64,000 nucleotides of DNA. Source: Cycas panzhihuaensis (taxonomy: Eukaryota > Plantae > Cycadophyta). The notes below the pieces were generated by a model. That model did no database searches. It was not told the DNA's origin and saw only the letters and a program-made list of their open reading frames with translations. The translations under genes and the position numbers were made by a program. The first letter of the stretch is position 1, and the number at the start of each line of letters is the position of its first letter. This document shows, in pieces, positions 29,301 to 44,320 of the stretch. The stretch is from the NCBI GenBank assembly GCA_023213395.1, contig CM041465.1, forward strand, positions 90,155,741 to 90,219,740. The letters run 5' to 3'.

Positions 29301-30540
29301 GTTTTGAAGAAGTCCCCCATGATCTGGCGGATGAGCAGTAAATCGAAGTTATCATAAATGAGTTAAATAGTATATACATCCCTAGATTTCCCAAGGAATA
29401 TGCTCTGGTTTGGCCTGGGTCCCCCTCTAGCACCTATACGGTTAAATCTAGATACTTGTTCTTAATGGATGAGAAAGGTATCACAGAACATAAGATTTTG
29501 GGGGGCATATAGAAATTGGGGTTAATTCCTAAGATTGCCATCTTTTGGAGGCTCTATCTTAAGAATAAGATCCTTACTTTGGACAATCTAAGGAAGAGGG
29601 ATTTCTGGTTGGTGAGTAGGTGCATTCTTTGCCTTTAGGATGAGGAGACTTTGGACAATATTTTCTTGCATTGCATTACACCTAGACTAAGGAAGTGTGG
29701 GCTAAGCTTTAGAGCTCCTTTGAGGTGTCTTGGGTCCCTTTTGGAATGGTAAAGGATCTAGCTAAGGCTTGGGAAAGCCCTTTCAAATGCAGGACTCTTC
29801 ACTCCTTTGTGGCTAACTTCCCTCCCCACATTTTTGTAGAATATATGGAAAGAAAGGAATAGGCACATTTTTCAGGATAAAAGAACGAGCAAGTCTAAAC
29901 TATTCAGGATTATTATGGTGGTTCTACAAGAGACTTCCAAGGTGAAGGAAGAGAGTTTTATCTCCCTAGAGGATAGGAAGATTCTTAAAAAGTGAGGCAT
30001 TAAAAACATCATGCCTAAACCAAAGGAGGTTAGGCATGGAGGCTGGAGTTTGCCCTTGCATAATTGGGTCAAGATAAATTTTAATAGTGCATCAAAAGGT
30101 AACCCCGGAGAGGCAGGGGACGTTGGGGTTTGCAGAGATGGGGAAGGAAAGGTCATCTAGGCCTTTGCTAAGTATTACAGTAACCAAACTAGCCATGAGG
30201 TAGAGCTTCAAGCTATATGTAGAGTTGTAGACTTGGTAATTAAAGATGGTAGCACGAGAGCTATAGTGGAGGGAGACTCTCTGAATGTGATAAACTTTAT
30301 CAGGGGGGAAGTGGAGCCAAACTAGAAGTATCAGACCATGATTGATGATATAAAGATCCTGCTTCGAAGGACAAAAATGGTCCAGGTTAATCACATATAT
30401 AGAGAAGGGAATAGGGTTGATAATTGACTTGCAAACTGGGAGGATCAATTCAAAAGGAATGAGATATGAAAGGATGACTTACCTATAGAAATAGTGGGTC
30501 TGGTTCATAAGGACCTAGGGGGTCCTAGTTTCAGCTAATA
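26328..30540 (+). pseudogene. LINE ORF2 (APE-RT-zf-RNase H)
   Basis: Motifs as above; GLR*GDP near 28257 and FMDD near 28404. Multiple premature stops. Confidence 0.88.
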
Positions 30541-30861
30541 TAGTTTATGATAGGCTATATGGTTAGCTAAGTCATGGACTTGTCACGATCAATTGATGTA
30601 GTCATTAATCCCCTCATTTATTTAAACCATATCAAAAAAAAAAAAAATCCCTAAAAGATTATTTTATAATATCCTCTTAAGTGGTATATATACTTAAATT
30701 TTCCTATGCCTTCATAATAAATTCTACATTCCCCCAAACTTATCTTACAATTATAATATCATTTAATTATCTTAGGGGCATGCCACAAATTAATATATCA
30801 CCTTTATGCATGTTATCCTAAGGTGTACCATAAATGACACATTAGCCTTATACACATTATA

Positions 30862-33800
30862 TGTTAAACCTTATATTTACATATTAAGTAATATACTTTA
30901 TAATATCTCACTATTATACTTTATGTAAGTGTGAATTATCGCCTAATATGATAAAGTGCACACCCACATTCTTTCGACATAACATTATAACTTGAAGGTC
31001 AAAGTGACCCTTATGCACTTTTGCTAACAAGAGAGAATAAAGGACACTTATCCTACATGCAAAAGGTGTAGCTTGGATGTTTGACACTTGTTAAACATTA
31101 AGCCCCTTAGGTCCCCCCTCCAACTCTATATATTAAGACTAATTATCATGTATTTCATATGGAGAGTGAGTAGTATTATTATGTTGTTAGTTTTCTAATC
31201 AAGCATTCATTCTTATTTGGAGATTGGACTAATTCCTTCTCCTCTATATTGGTATTCTTATGCTTGTGCTTTCATGTTTATGCTTGCTTATATTACTTAT
31301 TTTAGTATTTACTTTCTTAGATGTTAATCATTTCATTTATAGGTATATCTTTCATCTCTTCTAGATCATAGGTTTCATAGGTTTAATGCTCATTTCTAAC
31401 ATTTGGTATCAGAGCAGCTAAGAGGAGTCCTCTATGCTTATTTTTCTTTGGTTTTTAGAGGGTTTCAAACCCTTTGTGATGACCTTCGTTCTTTGAAGAT
31501 GATCCAAGGTTTGTTTGAATTATTTCCCGCAGATTTTAAACATTTTGAAGGTATTTGCAAGCTGAAGATCATCTCTATTATGTTCATAAATTTTTTTCTT
31601 AATATATTTTGTTGGGTGGAACACTATTTTTTGCTTCTGAGTTCTTTCTTTGAAAAAGTAATTATTTCTTATGTATTTCATCTGAGATCTATAAATATAA
31701 AAAGTTGTTACTCATTTTCAAGCTTGAAAGACTTACCTAATCTGAGATCCACTAGTCGAGACCATAGTTCTACTGATTCTAACTCACTTTGCAACTACTC
31801 TGTATTAAGATTTGCTCTGTACAATGGAAAAATCTCTTGATTCTTGTGATTGCAGACTTTTTGGGCTAAATCTAAGCCACATAGAGAAAATACTCAACCT
31901 TTGCAAGCTCCTTAGCTTCGTGTAGTCCTCCTTAGCTTTAGGCAACTCATTAAACCCCGAGGTGACTCTGTAAATCTCAATATAGCTCCTCTCTACTATT
32001 TTGCTCTCTTATGAACTAGTCTAGACCTTATTATGGGTCCCACAAAGTTATTTGAGTGACCGTACATCACTCCAACAACCGTACGACAACCATTTCCTCT
32101 CCACAGCCCATGTGCCTAACTAGATCTTTATTTGTTTTATTCTCTTTCTACGGTGAATGAAATCTTATAAGAACTTAGGGAACCTTCATTGATGTGGTGT
32201 GAACCCCCCTCTAAAATTTTATTCTAATACGTGCTCTCTATGAGCAAATCGAACGACTTGAGTCTTTGCATAAACACACGACTAATAGCTCATTTATTTT
32301 TTTCAAAAAAATTAGTTTGAAACTATATTGATATAACTATAGGTTATATCAATTAGAACAAACCTCTAAATATTCCTTTTTAAATAAATCTTTTATTACA
32401 AGGTAAACTTTTATTTAAGTGATTTCAATTTATTTAATCACTTTTACATATAATTTTAGCCTTTTTCTTTTATTTTAGAATTTATTTAACACTTAAAAAA
32501 AATTGCATTTATATTACTTGACTCAAAATCAAGTGATTTAAAGTTTTTTTTATCATAATTAAGAAAGAAATTTCATCTTTTTAGTGATTTTTCTAAGGCT
32601 CTGTGCATGGTGACCTTAATGCCTTAGTCTTAAAAGAACAAAAAAAAAAAATTACCTTTTTAATAAAATCACTTGACTTTTGGAGGCTAGTTAGGACAAT
32701 TTAAAGTCCTAACACATTGGGGTGCTTGCCTACTTTTTCAAAGTGACTTATTTTCATCATTATATGGTCATTTTCTCATTAAAAAAAACTCACTTGAAGC
32801 ACCACATCAAGTAAGTTCTTTATTTTTACTTTGATATTTTAACATTTTTTTCACGTTTTAAGTGCTTTGGCAAATATTCATTATGTTATCTTTTGATGTA
32901 CTTATTTGCTTTTCTTTAAAGCCTCATTTGTAAGCTTTTCATAAAGCATTTAAAAAAAGTACATCATCTAAGTAAAATTTATTTAAAGTCAACTTAAATC
33001 TCTTAAAAATTGACTTTAAAATATTATTTGAGAGGCTCGAAAAAGGTTTAAGTCCTTACAAAATAATCTCAAGGTTAGTGTATTCCCTAAGGGACCAACT
33101 AATCATATAGTCAGTGCAAGACAACTGAGGTTTCTTGAGGAAAAGGAGGTTTGAAAAGGGTATTATTGAGGCTATGAATTCTAGGGAAAGTATAGTATGT
33201 CCATGCAAATCAACCCTACATGTCTTATTGTAGATTTCACTTCGTTAACTATTGGATCTCTTTAAAGATCAAGGTTGAACCAACTCTATAGCCTAGTGCT
33301 TGACCCCTCATCATTCTCTTTAGTTATTGGATCTTCTAGTAAGATCAGGACTATCAACTTGGTAAAATATGGAACTTAAGTGAAAAAAGATTAAAGTCTC
33401 CAAGTTCATCTGCTAGCTTCAATACTTTTATCAACTTCAATATGGCTATAATTAATATGCTTAATGCATGTGTCATAAAATTAACTAAGTAAGATAATTA
33501 TTAGAAATGGACGCATTAGACTCAAAATCTTTTGATTATAAATGAATTTTAGTGGTTTATTTCTAGAAAGACCCCCAAACATGTACTTGTGGAGAGTCAA
33601 ACTGATAAAAATATTATCATCTAACCTAATCTAGTTATTATTGCTACTTGGGAAGCTAAGGATTAAATAACCTTGTCATTCTTACATATGATTATTGATG
33701 TTAATATAGATCAAAATATTGCTTATGCAAAAGCATCTAAGGAAGTATGGGACATTTTATCATCTTTGTATGAAAGATGAGATGAAGCTTGCATTATAAC

Positions 33801-36800
33801 GATAAAAGCTAAATTATACTCTTTGAAGTTTGTAAAGCCAATGTTGGCATTCTTCTGTTCTATCAAAGAGATATGTAATGAGTTCAACACTCTAAGCAAA
33901 CCTACTTCTAGTGATGAGCTTGTAATGGTAATATTGCAGGTATTACTAAAAGAATACAATGGATTTATTTCATCCATTACAAGAGCTAGTACACTAGCTT
34001 TAGTAAGTTTCAATCAATCTAAAAGTTTACTCCTTCAAGAGGAATAAATTTACATGAGCGAGGATGAAGATCCATCTACATCAGGAATATTCATAGCCAA
34101 ATAGGGTCCCAAACCTTCACTTCACAAATAGTTTAAGAACATTAACATTAGCTCATTAAAGGCTAATATCACTTGTCATTATTATGGCAAAGTATGCCAC
34201 ATAACTCCTAAATATAAAAAGAATTAATCAGATCTATAACAATCTCACCAACACTAGACACATCAATAGTAAACATGACATTAGCAGCCTTATCAGTAAC
34301 ACTTCCAATAGTAATAATAACAATAATAATAACCCGCTCGACCAAATTAAGGTACTTTTTATAGAGGTCAAAGAGGAAAAGAGGATTTTAGAGGTGGCAA
34401 TCAATGCCACATAAACTAATTTACATATGAAGATAAGTAATTTTATGCTTATCATAATTTAAAGTTGATAATATATAGATCATAGAGTCAGGGGCATCTT
34501 GTCATATGATAGGTAATAAAGAATTACTCTATGTCATCAAAGAAGGAAGCGAACAATTAGTTACCTTTGGCAATAATGAATCTATCAAGATCTTAAGCAT
34601 AGGCAAAATTGCCTCTTTTCACTCGTAACCAATCCTACGTCCATATTTCCTACTAGAGATACCTACCATATCCTTCAAGGATAAAAAGTTTGTTATCTAT
34701 TAGTCAGTCAGATAAACAACAAATGAGCATATTATTCAAAAATGGGAAATGCATAATTAGTGATAAGAATGATCAGGTGGTAGCCATTGGTCATGAGGAC
34801 TATGGATTTTATAAAATTGATGCAATAAATATCATACTTGTCACTATATATTCTATCATATAAACTATGTCAAAAATTTAACTTTGGCATCAACGTCTAG
34901 GCCACTTGTGCATAGACAATATCAAGATGATGGTTACAAAAAACATGGTGTATGGACTTTTAAGGATATCCAGTTCAAAGTGTCTTTGTAAAGCTTGTAT
35001 TATGGGGACTCAATATTAATAGTCTTTTCCTAAAGACAATGCATAGCATGCATCACATCCCTTGTAGTTGATTCATTCATATTTATGTGGACTTATGTCC
35101 ATCGCATCTTTTAGAGGAGCCTTATACTACATTTCCATTATAGATGATTTTTCATATAAGGTTTGGGTCTATTTCATTAAGCAAAAATCCGATGCATTTC
35201 AAATGTTCAAAGAATTCAAATAAGAAGTGGAAAATAAATCTGGACACTCAATTAAGATTTTGAGAGTAAATAATAGAGGTGAATTTACCTTAAAGGAGTT
35301 CATCCAACTCTATAAGGATAATGGTATTAAAAGACAACTCACTACTCCACATACTCCTTGGCAAAATGGAGGTTTAAAGCAAATGAACAAGACTTTGGCA
35401 AATAAAGCTAGAGCCATGATGTATGCTAAGAGACTACTTTGAGCATATTGGGTGAAAGCATTTCATACAGCTGCTTATATGGCAAACACGAGCCCTATAT
35501 TTACAGTCACTAGCATCACACTAAATGAGGCTTAGTCTGGCAAAAAGCCAACCATGAGCCATTTAAGGACCTTTCAGTGCATTGCATATATGCATATCCC
35601 ATATCAGCAAAGATCAAAATTAGATAAAAATTATCTCAAATATATTTTTATAAGCTATGTTATTCACAATAAGGTATACAAACTATATAATCCTAGTGCT
35701 AAGAAAATGCATCTCTTAAGAGATATAATCTTTGTCGAAGAAGATCATAAGGAGTTGGAATCAACACCATCTAACCTCTTATTAAAAAGGGCAAACAAAT
35801 TGTTGAGGATTTCCTTCCCTCATAATCTTCTACACCATGTACATCATCTACACCAGTTGTTTCTTCTTCAACTTCAAAATTAACTACACTTGATCCTGGC
35901 ACATCTTCTGTTTATTAACCATTATGACCAAAAAACATTAAGGTTCAAGTTACATATGTAAAAAGCCTACCTAAATGGTATTTCCAAATGGCGAAGGACA
36001 ACCAAGTTATAGAAGGAAAACATCCATCCAAGATGAAGCATCAAACTATTTATGCACTTATAGTTAAAGTGATTTGTGTTGATGAGCCTTCTACTTTAAG
36101 GAGGCATATAAAAATGAAAATCAAAAGGCTATTATAGATTAAAAAAATACATTCTATTGAAAAGAATAGAACATGAAATTTGGTAGAATTGCCTAAAAAC
36201 AAACATGTAATGAATTATAAATGGGTTTATAGAACTAAATTCCACAATGATGGTTTACTTAAGTATCAAAAGGCTCAAGTTGTTATAAAGGGCTTCAAAC
36301 AAAACGAAGGCATTAATTATAAGGAGACCTTTACACTAGTTACAAACATGAATACCATCAGACTCATTTTAGCCTTAGTTACTTAATGTAAATGGCCAAT
36401 CTACTAGATGGATATGAAGAGTGCCTTATTCAATGATGATCTTTAAGAGGAGGTATATTTAGAGCAACCTCCTAGTTACAAAGTACAAGGTAAAGAACAT
36501 CTTGTTTATCACCTAAAAAAGGCATTGTATGGTTTGAAACAAGCCCCGAGAGCATGGTACTAAAAAATTGATGATTATTTTTTGAGGCATGGATATCATC
36601 GATCCACATCATATCCTAACTTATACATTAAAATTAGGAAGGACCATATTATCTTTATTGTCTGGTACATAGATGACTTAGTGATCATAGGAAATGATAC
36701 TAAGATAAGTGAGATTCTCCAAGGTAATCTTAAAAGAAGTCTTAAGATGATAAATCTTAGACTTCTCCATTATTTTTTAGGCTTAGAGGTATGGCAACAA

Positions 36801-38182
36801 CTAGGCCATATCTTCATCTCCTAAGCAAAATACTCTTATGACATTTTGTAGTGATTAAGAATAGAAGATTGTAAACTAGAGCCTATGCCTTTGGAGAATG
36901 GAACAAAGATGACTTTCAATGAGAAAGTAGAATTTGCAAATCCCACCTTGTACCGGTAATTAGTTTGTAGCCTAATCTACTTCACCAACCCTAGACTAGA
37001 CATTTCATTTGTTGTTGGGATTTGTTCTAGGTACATGTCTCAATCGAATTAGAAGCATCATAATGCAATTAAATGTATACTGAGATACATCAAATGTACA
37101 TTGTAGTATGGCCTTCAATATACTTATAATAAGAACTTTATCTTAGAGGAGTTCTTAGATTCTGATTAGGCAAGTTACCAAGATAGTAGCAGATCAACCT
37201 CAAGATATTGTTTTACCCTTAGTTTAGGAGTCATTTCATAGAGTTGTAAGAAGCAACCCAATGCTACCTTGTCACCATAGAAACAAAGTACAAAGTTGTA
37301 GTCTGTATAGTTTATAAGGCTATTTGACTGAGGAGGATTCTTGGAGAGCTTAGACTTGAGTATGATCACCCCACTAGGATATATTGAGATAATAAAAGTG
37401 TACTCAAGTTAACAAAAAATCTAGTTTTTCATGCAATGACCAAGCACATAGAGGTTCATCGCCACTTCCTTAGGGAGAATGTTCAAAAAGGTAAGATCAA
37501 CCTCTTCTACAAGCCTACAAACCAATAGACGACATATATCTTTACCAGGTCACTTGGTAGAGAAAAGTTTATAAAATTTAGAGATGGTCTTGATGTCCAA
37601 CTTAACATTGTAAACATTAAGAGAGGGGGGGGGGGGTATTAAACCTTATGTTTACATATTTAAGCAATGTATTTTATAATGTCTCATTATTGTACGTCAT
37701 GTAAATATGACTTATTGTCTAATATGATAAAATACACACCCACATTTATTTTAGTGACATAACATTATAATTTAAGGGTCAAAATGACCCTTATATACTT
37801 TTGCACACAAGAGAGCCCAAAGGATACTTGTCATATATGTAAAAAGTATAGCTTGGATACTTGACACTTGTCAAACATTAAGCCCCTTAGGTCTCTCCTC
37901 CAACTCTTTATATTTAGACCAATTCTCATGTATTTTGTATAGAGAGTGAGCAGTATTATTATGCTATCGGTTTGCTAATTAAGCATTCATTCTTATTTAG
38001 AGATTGGACCAATTCCTTCTCCTCCATACTAGCATTCTTATGCTTGTGATTTTCATGTTTATGCTTGCTTATATTACTCATTTCAATATTTGCTTTCTTA
38101 TATGCTCATCATCTCATTTATATGCATCTCTTTCTCCTCTTTTAGATCCTTGGTTTCATAGGCTTAATGCCCATTTCTAACA
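30862..38182 (+). mobile_element. Complete but decayed Ty1/copia LTR retrotransposon (copia B)
   Basis: LTRs of about 540 bp at 30862-31401 and 37637-38182. TSD TTATA/TTATG. PBS TGGTATCAGAGC at 31404-31415, G-rich PPT at about 37619-37636. gag from about 33443, integrase 35060-35750, [15 protein letters not shown] and YIDDL, RNase H to about 37600. Confidence 0.94.
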
Positions 38183-41100
38183 TTATGCCTAATAATGATA
38201 TATAACCTAATCTTAGCCTAATAGATATTTTAAACTAAGTACATAATCCACCCATAACTGGGTACATCTCATATGTCATCCACTCAAGATAATTCACCCT
38301 TGAATCATTTGTAAATTTTAACTTTAAGGGTCTTCATGGATCATCTCTCATATGCTCACTTCCATTTCAGTCCTTACTATGAGCTTACTTATATAATATA
38401 TTAATAATATGGTAGTGGTTCTAGAACTACAATTAATCGTATATATAAACATCAAGTTATCATTTTTTCCCCTTAGTTATAATGTTTCTCCTATTCTTCT
38501 CTTTGTGGTTGTGTCTCCTTTGGATCTTAAACATGGTAGATTCCTTGTATTAGCTTAGTATGCAAGGCTAATAAACTTCTCTTGTAAGTTCATAAAGAAG
38601 ATATTTAAGGTTTATATACCATTAGAACCCTAACACTACTTTAATACCCTTAACAGGTATAATATAGAATTTAGTTTGGAGAACAACCTTGTTTATTCTT
38701 AGCTTAACCTTATAACATGTGCTTCTTTTAGATAGATATCTTGCTAGTTAGTGGTATTGATAATTCTACTTTAGGCCTTATAAATACAACTAATATTCTG
38801 GCTATCTCTAAATCCAACAACTTGTTAATTATACCTAAACTAATGAGAACTAATATTATCTCCCCTTTAGTGCACCTCTTTATTTTCAAGACTTTAAATT
38901 ATTCAAATGTCAAGGATACTATTGACTTTTCTTATGATAATGTTGGCATATATTTTGGCTTTGGTCTTGTTTTAATAACATACCTTACCAGTGCAATGTG
39001 TTTATCTTCTAATATGTTCCTCTTTTACTACATGTTATTGTTGCCAGTGATATAATCTTCAACATGGGAGTTATAATATCCTTTCCTCTTGTATCACCTT
39101 GAGGTTCTTTTTTATCTTCTTCATCTTTGTCAAACGTTTCTTTCACATCCTAACCTATATGAATAGTCAAGGTTGGAGGAATACCCCTCTTATCATTGTA
39201 CCTTGGTTGATCAAATCTTTAACTCATTTAATTTAATATGCTCTCAATTTGCTTAATTTATTTAATAATTTTTATAATGTTATGTATGATTTCAACCTAT
39301 CCATCTACGAAGAATATTAGTATTACCATTCTAAATTAAAGGATATACCTACAATTGCTAAAATAAACACTCCTTAAAAATAAAATAAAATATATCTTTT
39401 TGGTGGAATGATCATTAAAAAATGCTTCTAATGAGTCTACTTTAAAGTGATGTGGAGCTCTATAGTTTATATAATGATCCTTAAAACTTGGCAAGAAAAT
39501 TTAAGGGATTTGGATAGCAATAACATCCCTCATAAAAATGATGATAAGTTTCTCTCTTCATGTCCAGATTTAGTGGAATATCTTTTAAGGAAAGTAGCCT
39601 CCAAGGCACTCTTAAGGGGGAAGATTAAATTAAGGTTATTTAGATGCCTACATTTACAACATTGTAACAAGTTGAATGGTGGATTTTCAAGTATATCAAA
39701 GGGGGCTAAGAACATATCAAAATTTAATTCCTTATATCTCTCTCTCATTTTTTGCCAAAATATATATAATATAATAGCTCAAAATTTATGGCATAAATGC
39801 AATTAACTCACTTTTAGTGCCCATTTTACCAAATTAGAATGTATATACCTATGAAATAAATTTTTTTCCTAGAAGTCCTAATTACTCTAGTACCACTTAT
39901 AACAATATCTAAAGAGGTGTGTTATACAAAAACATAGAATAACAATAGAATTAATCTAAAATAATATAATAACTTTGAAAAGAGAAGAAAGTATCGGAAG
40001 AAGAGATAAGGGAGAATTTGTCTAATTAATAATTCACTAATATATTATTTTTCAAAGTCTCCTTAAGGCGTATATATACTATATTTCTCCCATATCTATA
40101 TAATAAAACTTACATTGTTTTAATCTACCTCGCAACTCTAGTATTATTTAATTATCCAAAGGTGTGCCACAAGTTGACACATTATCCTAAGGCATGCCAC
40201 AAACTAACATGTCACCTTTGTACACATTATCTCTTTGAATGTAATAAGCCATAAATCTAAACCTAAAATAAGTCTTAAACCAAGTATATCATCCATCCAT
40301 AATTGGGCATAGAGTAGAGAATCTCTACTTACTTAACGACCATTACACTTACTCTTTTTCAATACTTATATGGGAGAAGAACATAATGTGGTATTAATAC
40401 TTACATATATGGCAAAGATAATTTACTTTAATATGCATTATCTAATTTTAAATATTTTTCTTTAATTAATTTAGCAAGGCCTAGTTGTATCCCTTTCCTA
40501 TATATATCATGTGATTTATTGTATTGAATATTAAGTTAATAAATAATATTTACTTTTCATTTAAGTAAATTGCCATACCTTACCCATTATGAAGAAGGAA
40601 TCCTTTTTTTATATGCTTAGTTTTTCTTTGATGATGTATACAAGTCCAATACCTAGAAGCAAGGCATGCAGAAGACTTTATATTAAATGATTAGTCACAT
40701 CAACTCTACTATAGCTAGTGAGATACTAAGTTGATGTTTTCTCTTCGTCCTATGTCTAATTATAAGCATTGTCGATGCCGATTATACCCCATAATTTCTC
40801 TTATACTAAGCTTGGTTAATAAGAGTCAAATCTACTCATAACAATAAGTGGTTTGCTATTTATGCTTGTGAGTGCTAAAAAAAAAAAAATTTAACGATAG
40901 TGAGTTATACATGGTCTAATCTTGGACAGAAAGAAATTTATTTAGTATAAATACTCCATTGATTACTTTTGTTAAGATAACATTGACTATGTTTAAATAA
41001 TTTCAAAGATTCTATACATTGATAATTAAATAAAGCCTATATGGGATTATCTTCATATCGCCATTTATCTATAACATGAATAAAATAGAGATATAAAAGG

Positions 41101-41762
41101 GATGAGGGGTTTGTTATATACCAAATTATTAAAAATGTTGTAAGAAGTGTTTTGTTTGGAAGTATTTGCTACCCTTAAGCAAAGCTTTGTGTCATGCTTT
41201 CCTCATAAGTTAAAGGTGGACTAGGGTCATATTATGGGCTTATGAGTATGTTGAGTTAAAGTCAATTGTTGCTAGAGAAAGACCATGGATCATTATTGGC
41301 CTTGCATGGTAGTTAGGTTTATATTTATTTTTACAAAATAAAGGAACCCTATCCACTAACTAGCCTATATATGGTAAGGGAAAGTTTAAATCTATTTGCA
41401 TAAGCCCTAGGTTTGATTTACCTTACAATTGGGATAATGTTCCAAGAGATGTAATGATCAAAATGACCTTAGAGTCTCTAGTTAACCCTCCATGGCAATT
41501 ATGCTTATAACTTAATTTGTAGATTAATTATTAGCCATATTGTTTTTTAAGCCCTATTATGTATTACATGGAGGTGGTGTAAAATGATGTTCCTTGCCTT
41601 TATTTTTATCCATGCATATATTCTTTCACGTTTAATGATCATATCACATTCAAATGATAAAACTGTTAACAAATAGGCAAAATTATTAGCAATGTATATG
41701 AAAGTATCATTGCTAATTAAGGATGAACTCCCAATTAAATAAGAAATGGTTTTTATTAGTCG

Positions 41763-42140
41763 ATGAAATATTTTGCCAAACATGAATGTTCATTTTAGTG
41801 TATTAGGTTTGTGTGGATATATGGGGAGGGAAATGATGAGTATAAATAATCTCTCCTATAGTTTACATGCTTGATCATTCATAGGTATAAGTATATTTGG
41901 TTTAAATTAGTGTGTAATAAATATTACCATAATTTGTCACTATTTTACCTCCAAACATGTAACACTCAATGAAATATTTTGTTAAACATGAATATCTATT
42001 TTAGTATATTAGGTTTGTGTTGATATATGGGAAGGGGAGCAACGAGAACATATAATCTTTCATAAAGTATGCATGACCAATCATCCACTTTATAAGTATA
42101 TTTGGTTTGAATTGGTAAATAATAAATGTTGTGGCAATAT
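41763..42140. repeat. Old tandem duplication, period about 206 bp
   Basis: atgaaatatttt..aaacatgaat..tattaggtttgtgt..tataagtatatttggttt occurs at 41763 and 41969. Confidence 0.8.
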
Positions 42141-42261
42141 GCCACTAGCATAAAATTTTAAGCTTATTTCATTTGTCTATAATGGACTTGTATCTTATTA
42201 TAATTGTTATGATTATTTTTATATATATATTTTTTATTATTATTATTATTTTTTAAGTATC

Positions 42262-42438
42262 CAGGTTAGACATTAGGCCACATCGGTAAGTACTACCTTT
42301 TGACATAAAAATGTTCCAGGTTCGACCTCTAGGGGGTTTATAGGGATGAATGGAATGAAAGAGTGACAAACATCGACAATTTAATAATTTCTAATCAAGT
42401 AGGCTAAAGCTAATATAGATGTTTTTTTTTTTTTTTTT
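42262..42438 (+). mobile_element. Candidate tRNA-derived SINE with T tail
   Basis: A-box-like TAGGCCACATCGGT (42274-42287), B-box GGTTCGACC (42319-42327), T17 at 42422-42438. No TSD found. Confidence 0.4.
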
Positions 42439-43772
42439 GTGAATAAAACATGCCATGTGATAAGTAGACCTTAATTATATTGATTTCATTGTAATGATGC
42501 ATCATGAAAAGTAACACTTTTTCATAAATTTTCATCTAAAATTTAAGTGAGGACGTTGATAATGGTTGCTACTTCTCATTCTTAGCCATGCTTAATTGCT
42601 CCTTATATCATAATTTTAAGCTCATTATGCTCCAAATACAATAAAACAAGGTTTAATATCTTTTTTTACTCTAGCCTGGTATGGGTTAGTTTGATGCTAA
42701 TTATTGATAAGTTGAACAACCCCATTTAATTTATAAAGCCTTGTGAAAGCATAAAGTGAGGGCCTCTTATGGGTGTAATGATTCTTCATTATTGATATCA
42801 TAAGTGTAGTGGATTAATTGGGTATTTATACTAAGCAGACTATGCCAACCTGATCATGGGCTAATGTTGCATGTATGGTTATTCAATCCCATAATGTTAT
42901 GATATTTTATCAATTGTTGGATTGTGCTACTAAATTGAACCTTTTTTTTTACTATCTATTTTTAACTTATTTAGTTTTAGACCTCTCTGTCTATCTTATT
43001 CTTTATTGATTATTAGTCATGGAATCCTTCTAAAGAAGTTATAACTGAGACAAAATTCCTTTCCCCTTTTTTTAATTGAATTATATAATTCTTTAATTAC
43101 AACCAAAAGAAAAATAATAAAGGGGCCAAAAAAGAGAATGCCATCCCTCTATCTCTTTAGATAATACTTCAAACTATATAAGATCCTTATACAAGAATAA
43201 ATAGAGTAAAAAACCTTATTTGGTTTTTTTGTTAGTACTCTTTTAAACATTCACAAATCTAAGGTCTCATAAGCAATGTGAGGAATGCGACTTAAGTGGT
43301 TGTTTCTTAATTAACAATAATGGCCCTATGAATTCTCAAGGCCAAATATTGCTTCCATATACCATTATGCAAACAACACATTATGATGCCTAAATGTTCA
43401 TAATTTTTAATCATTGGAATAACTTCACTTACCTCCTAGTCCCATGGAGGGGGTTAGGCTCTAGAAATTCTAGTGTAAGGGGTTCCATGTCTAGGAAAGG
43501 GAGCCCCGCTCGCAGGAAGAGAAGGAATCTCTTTCAATTCCTATGTAGTGGAATCGTTGAACTCTCCTCCCTTTAGTAACTGAAAAAATGTGGAGGGCTA
43601 CGTTGAGCAGAAACTATTGGAATAAATTATACATATACAGTAACTACATGGTACATTCTCTATTGTTGCGCCGATAGGCGCCCTTAGATGACTTTGGTGA
43701 GGGAGGCGAGGGGTCTCCACTTAGGGGCGGAGTTACTTCCATTAGAAAAAAACAAAATAAAAAATTACGTGG

Positions 43773-43872
43773 CCCGTTATAAATGAAAGCTCGTTATCTT
43801 TGTTGAAGTATAACCGCATACACCCATTATAAATGAAAGCCTGTTATCTTCGCTAAAGTATAACCGCATACA
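43773..43872. repeat. 2 x 50-bp tandem duplication upstream of the host gene
   Basis: ccc(g/a)ttataaatgaaagc..gttatctt..aagtataaccgcataca occurs twice. Confidence 0.9.
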
Positions 43873-44320
43873 GACATTGGTTAAATACATAAAAGTGATA
43901 TACATTTGCATAGGACACGGCTTGGGTTTGCCCATCGTCTTCCATTCTTCCGTTTCTTACCGACATCTTTTGACTAGTGGGGAGCGCTACAAATACGCCT
44001 ATCGACATTCATAAACTGTTATAGTCTGCACTAGTTATTATCATTATCACTATTCATCCCACCATTGTCCTTGTTCACTCTACCATTGTCACTATTCATT
44101 TGACCATCATTATTGTTATACTTGACAAATTTGAAAGAATGACAAAGAAAAATAATCACTTTTATAAAATCATATTTTTCATTTAGACTCCATAAAAGCT
44201 ACAACAAAATTACAACAAAATCACTACAATTTTTACAAAACCCCTCTCGATAAAACTAAGAAGTTAGAGTGGTTCCCCCCTCTCAAGCTTGTCAAATATG
44301 TAGCCACTGTGATAGGCAAC

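Larger units (their letters stand above)
24354..30647 (+). mobile_element. Apparently full-length, decayed L1-clade LINE with RNase H
   Basis: ORF1 with a DUF4283-like region and knuckle CLKCKHFGHLPHYC. ORF2 from ATG 26328 (MKLTSWNIQG, APE endonuclease), RLDRV, RT YKPISLCNIKYKILAK and DLSKAYDRV, RNase H WVKINFNSASKGNPG near 30065. Poly(A) at 30634-30647. Degenerate TSD aattcaccaaaagatt (24338-24353) vs aaatccctaaaagatt (30645-30660). Confidence 0.9.
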
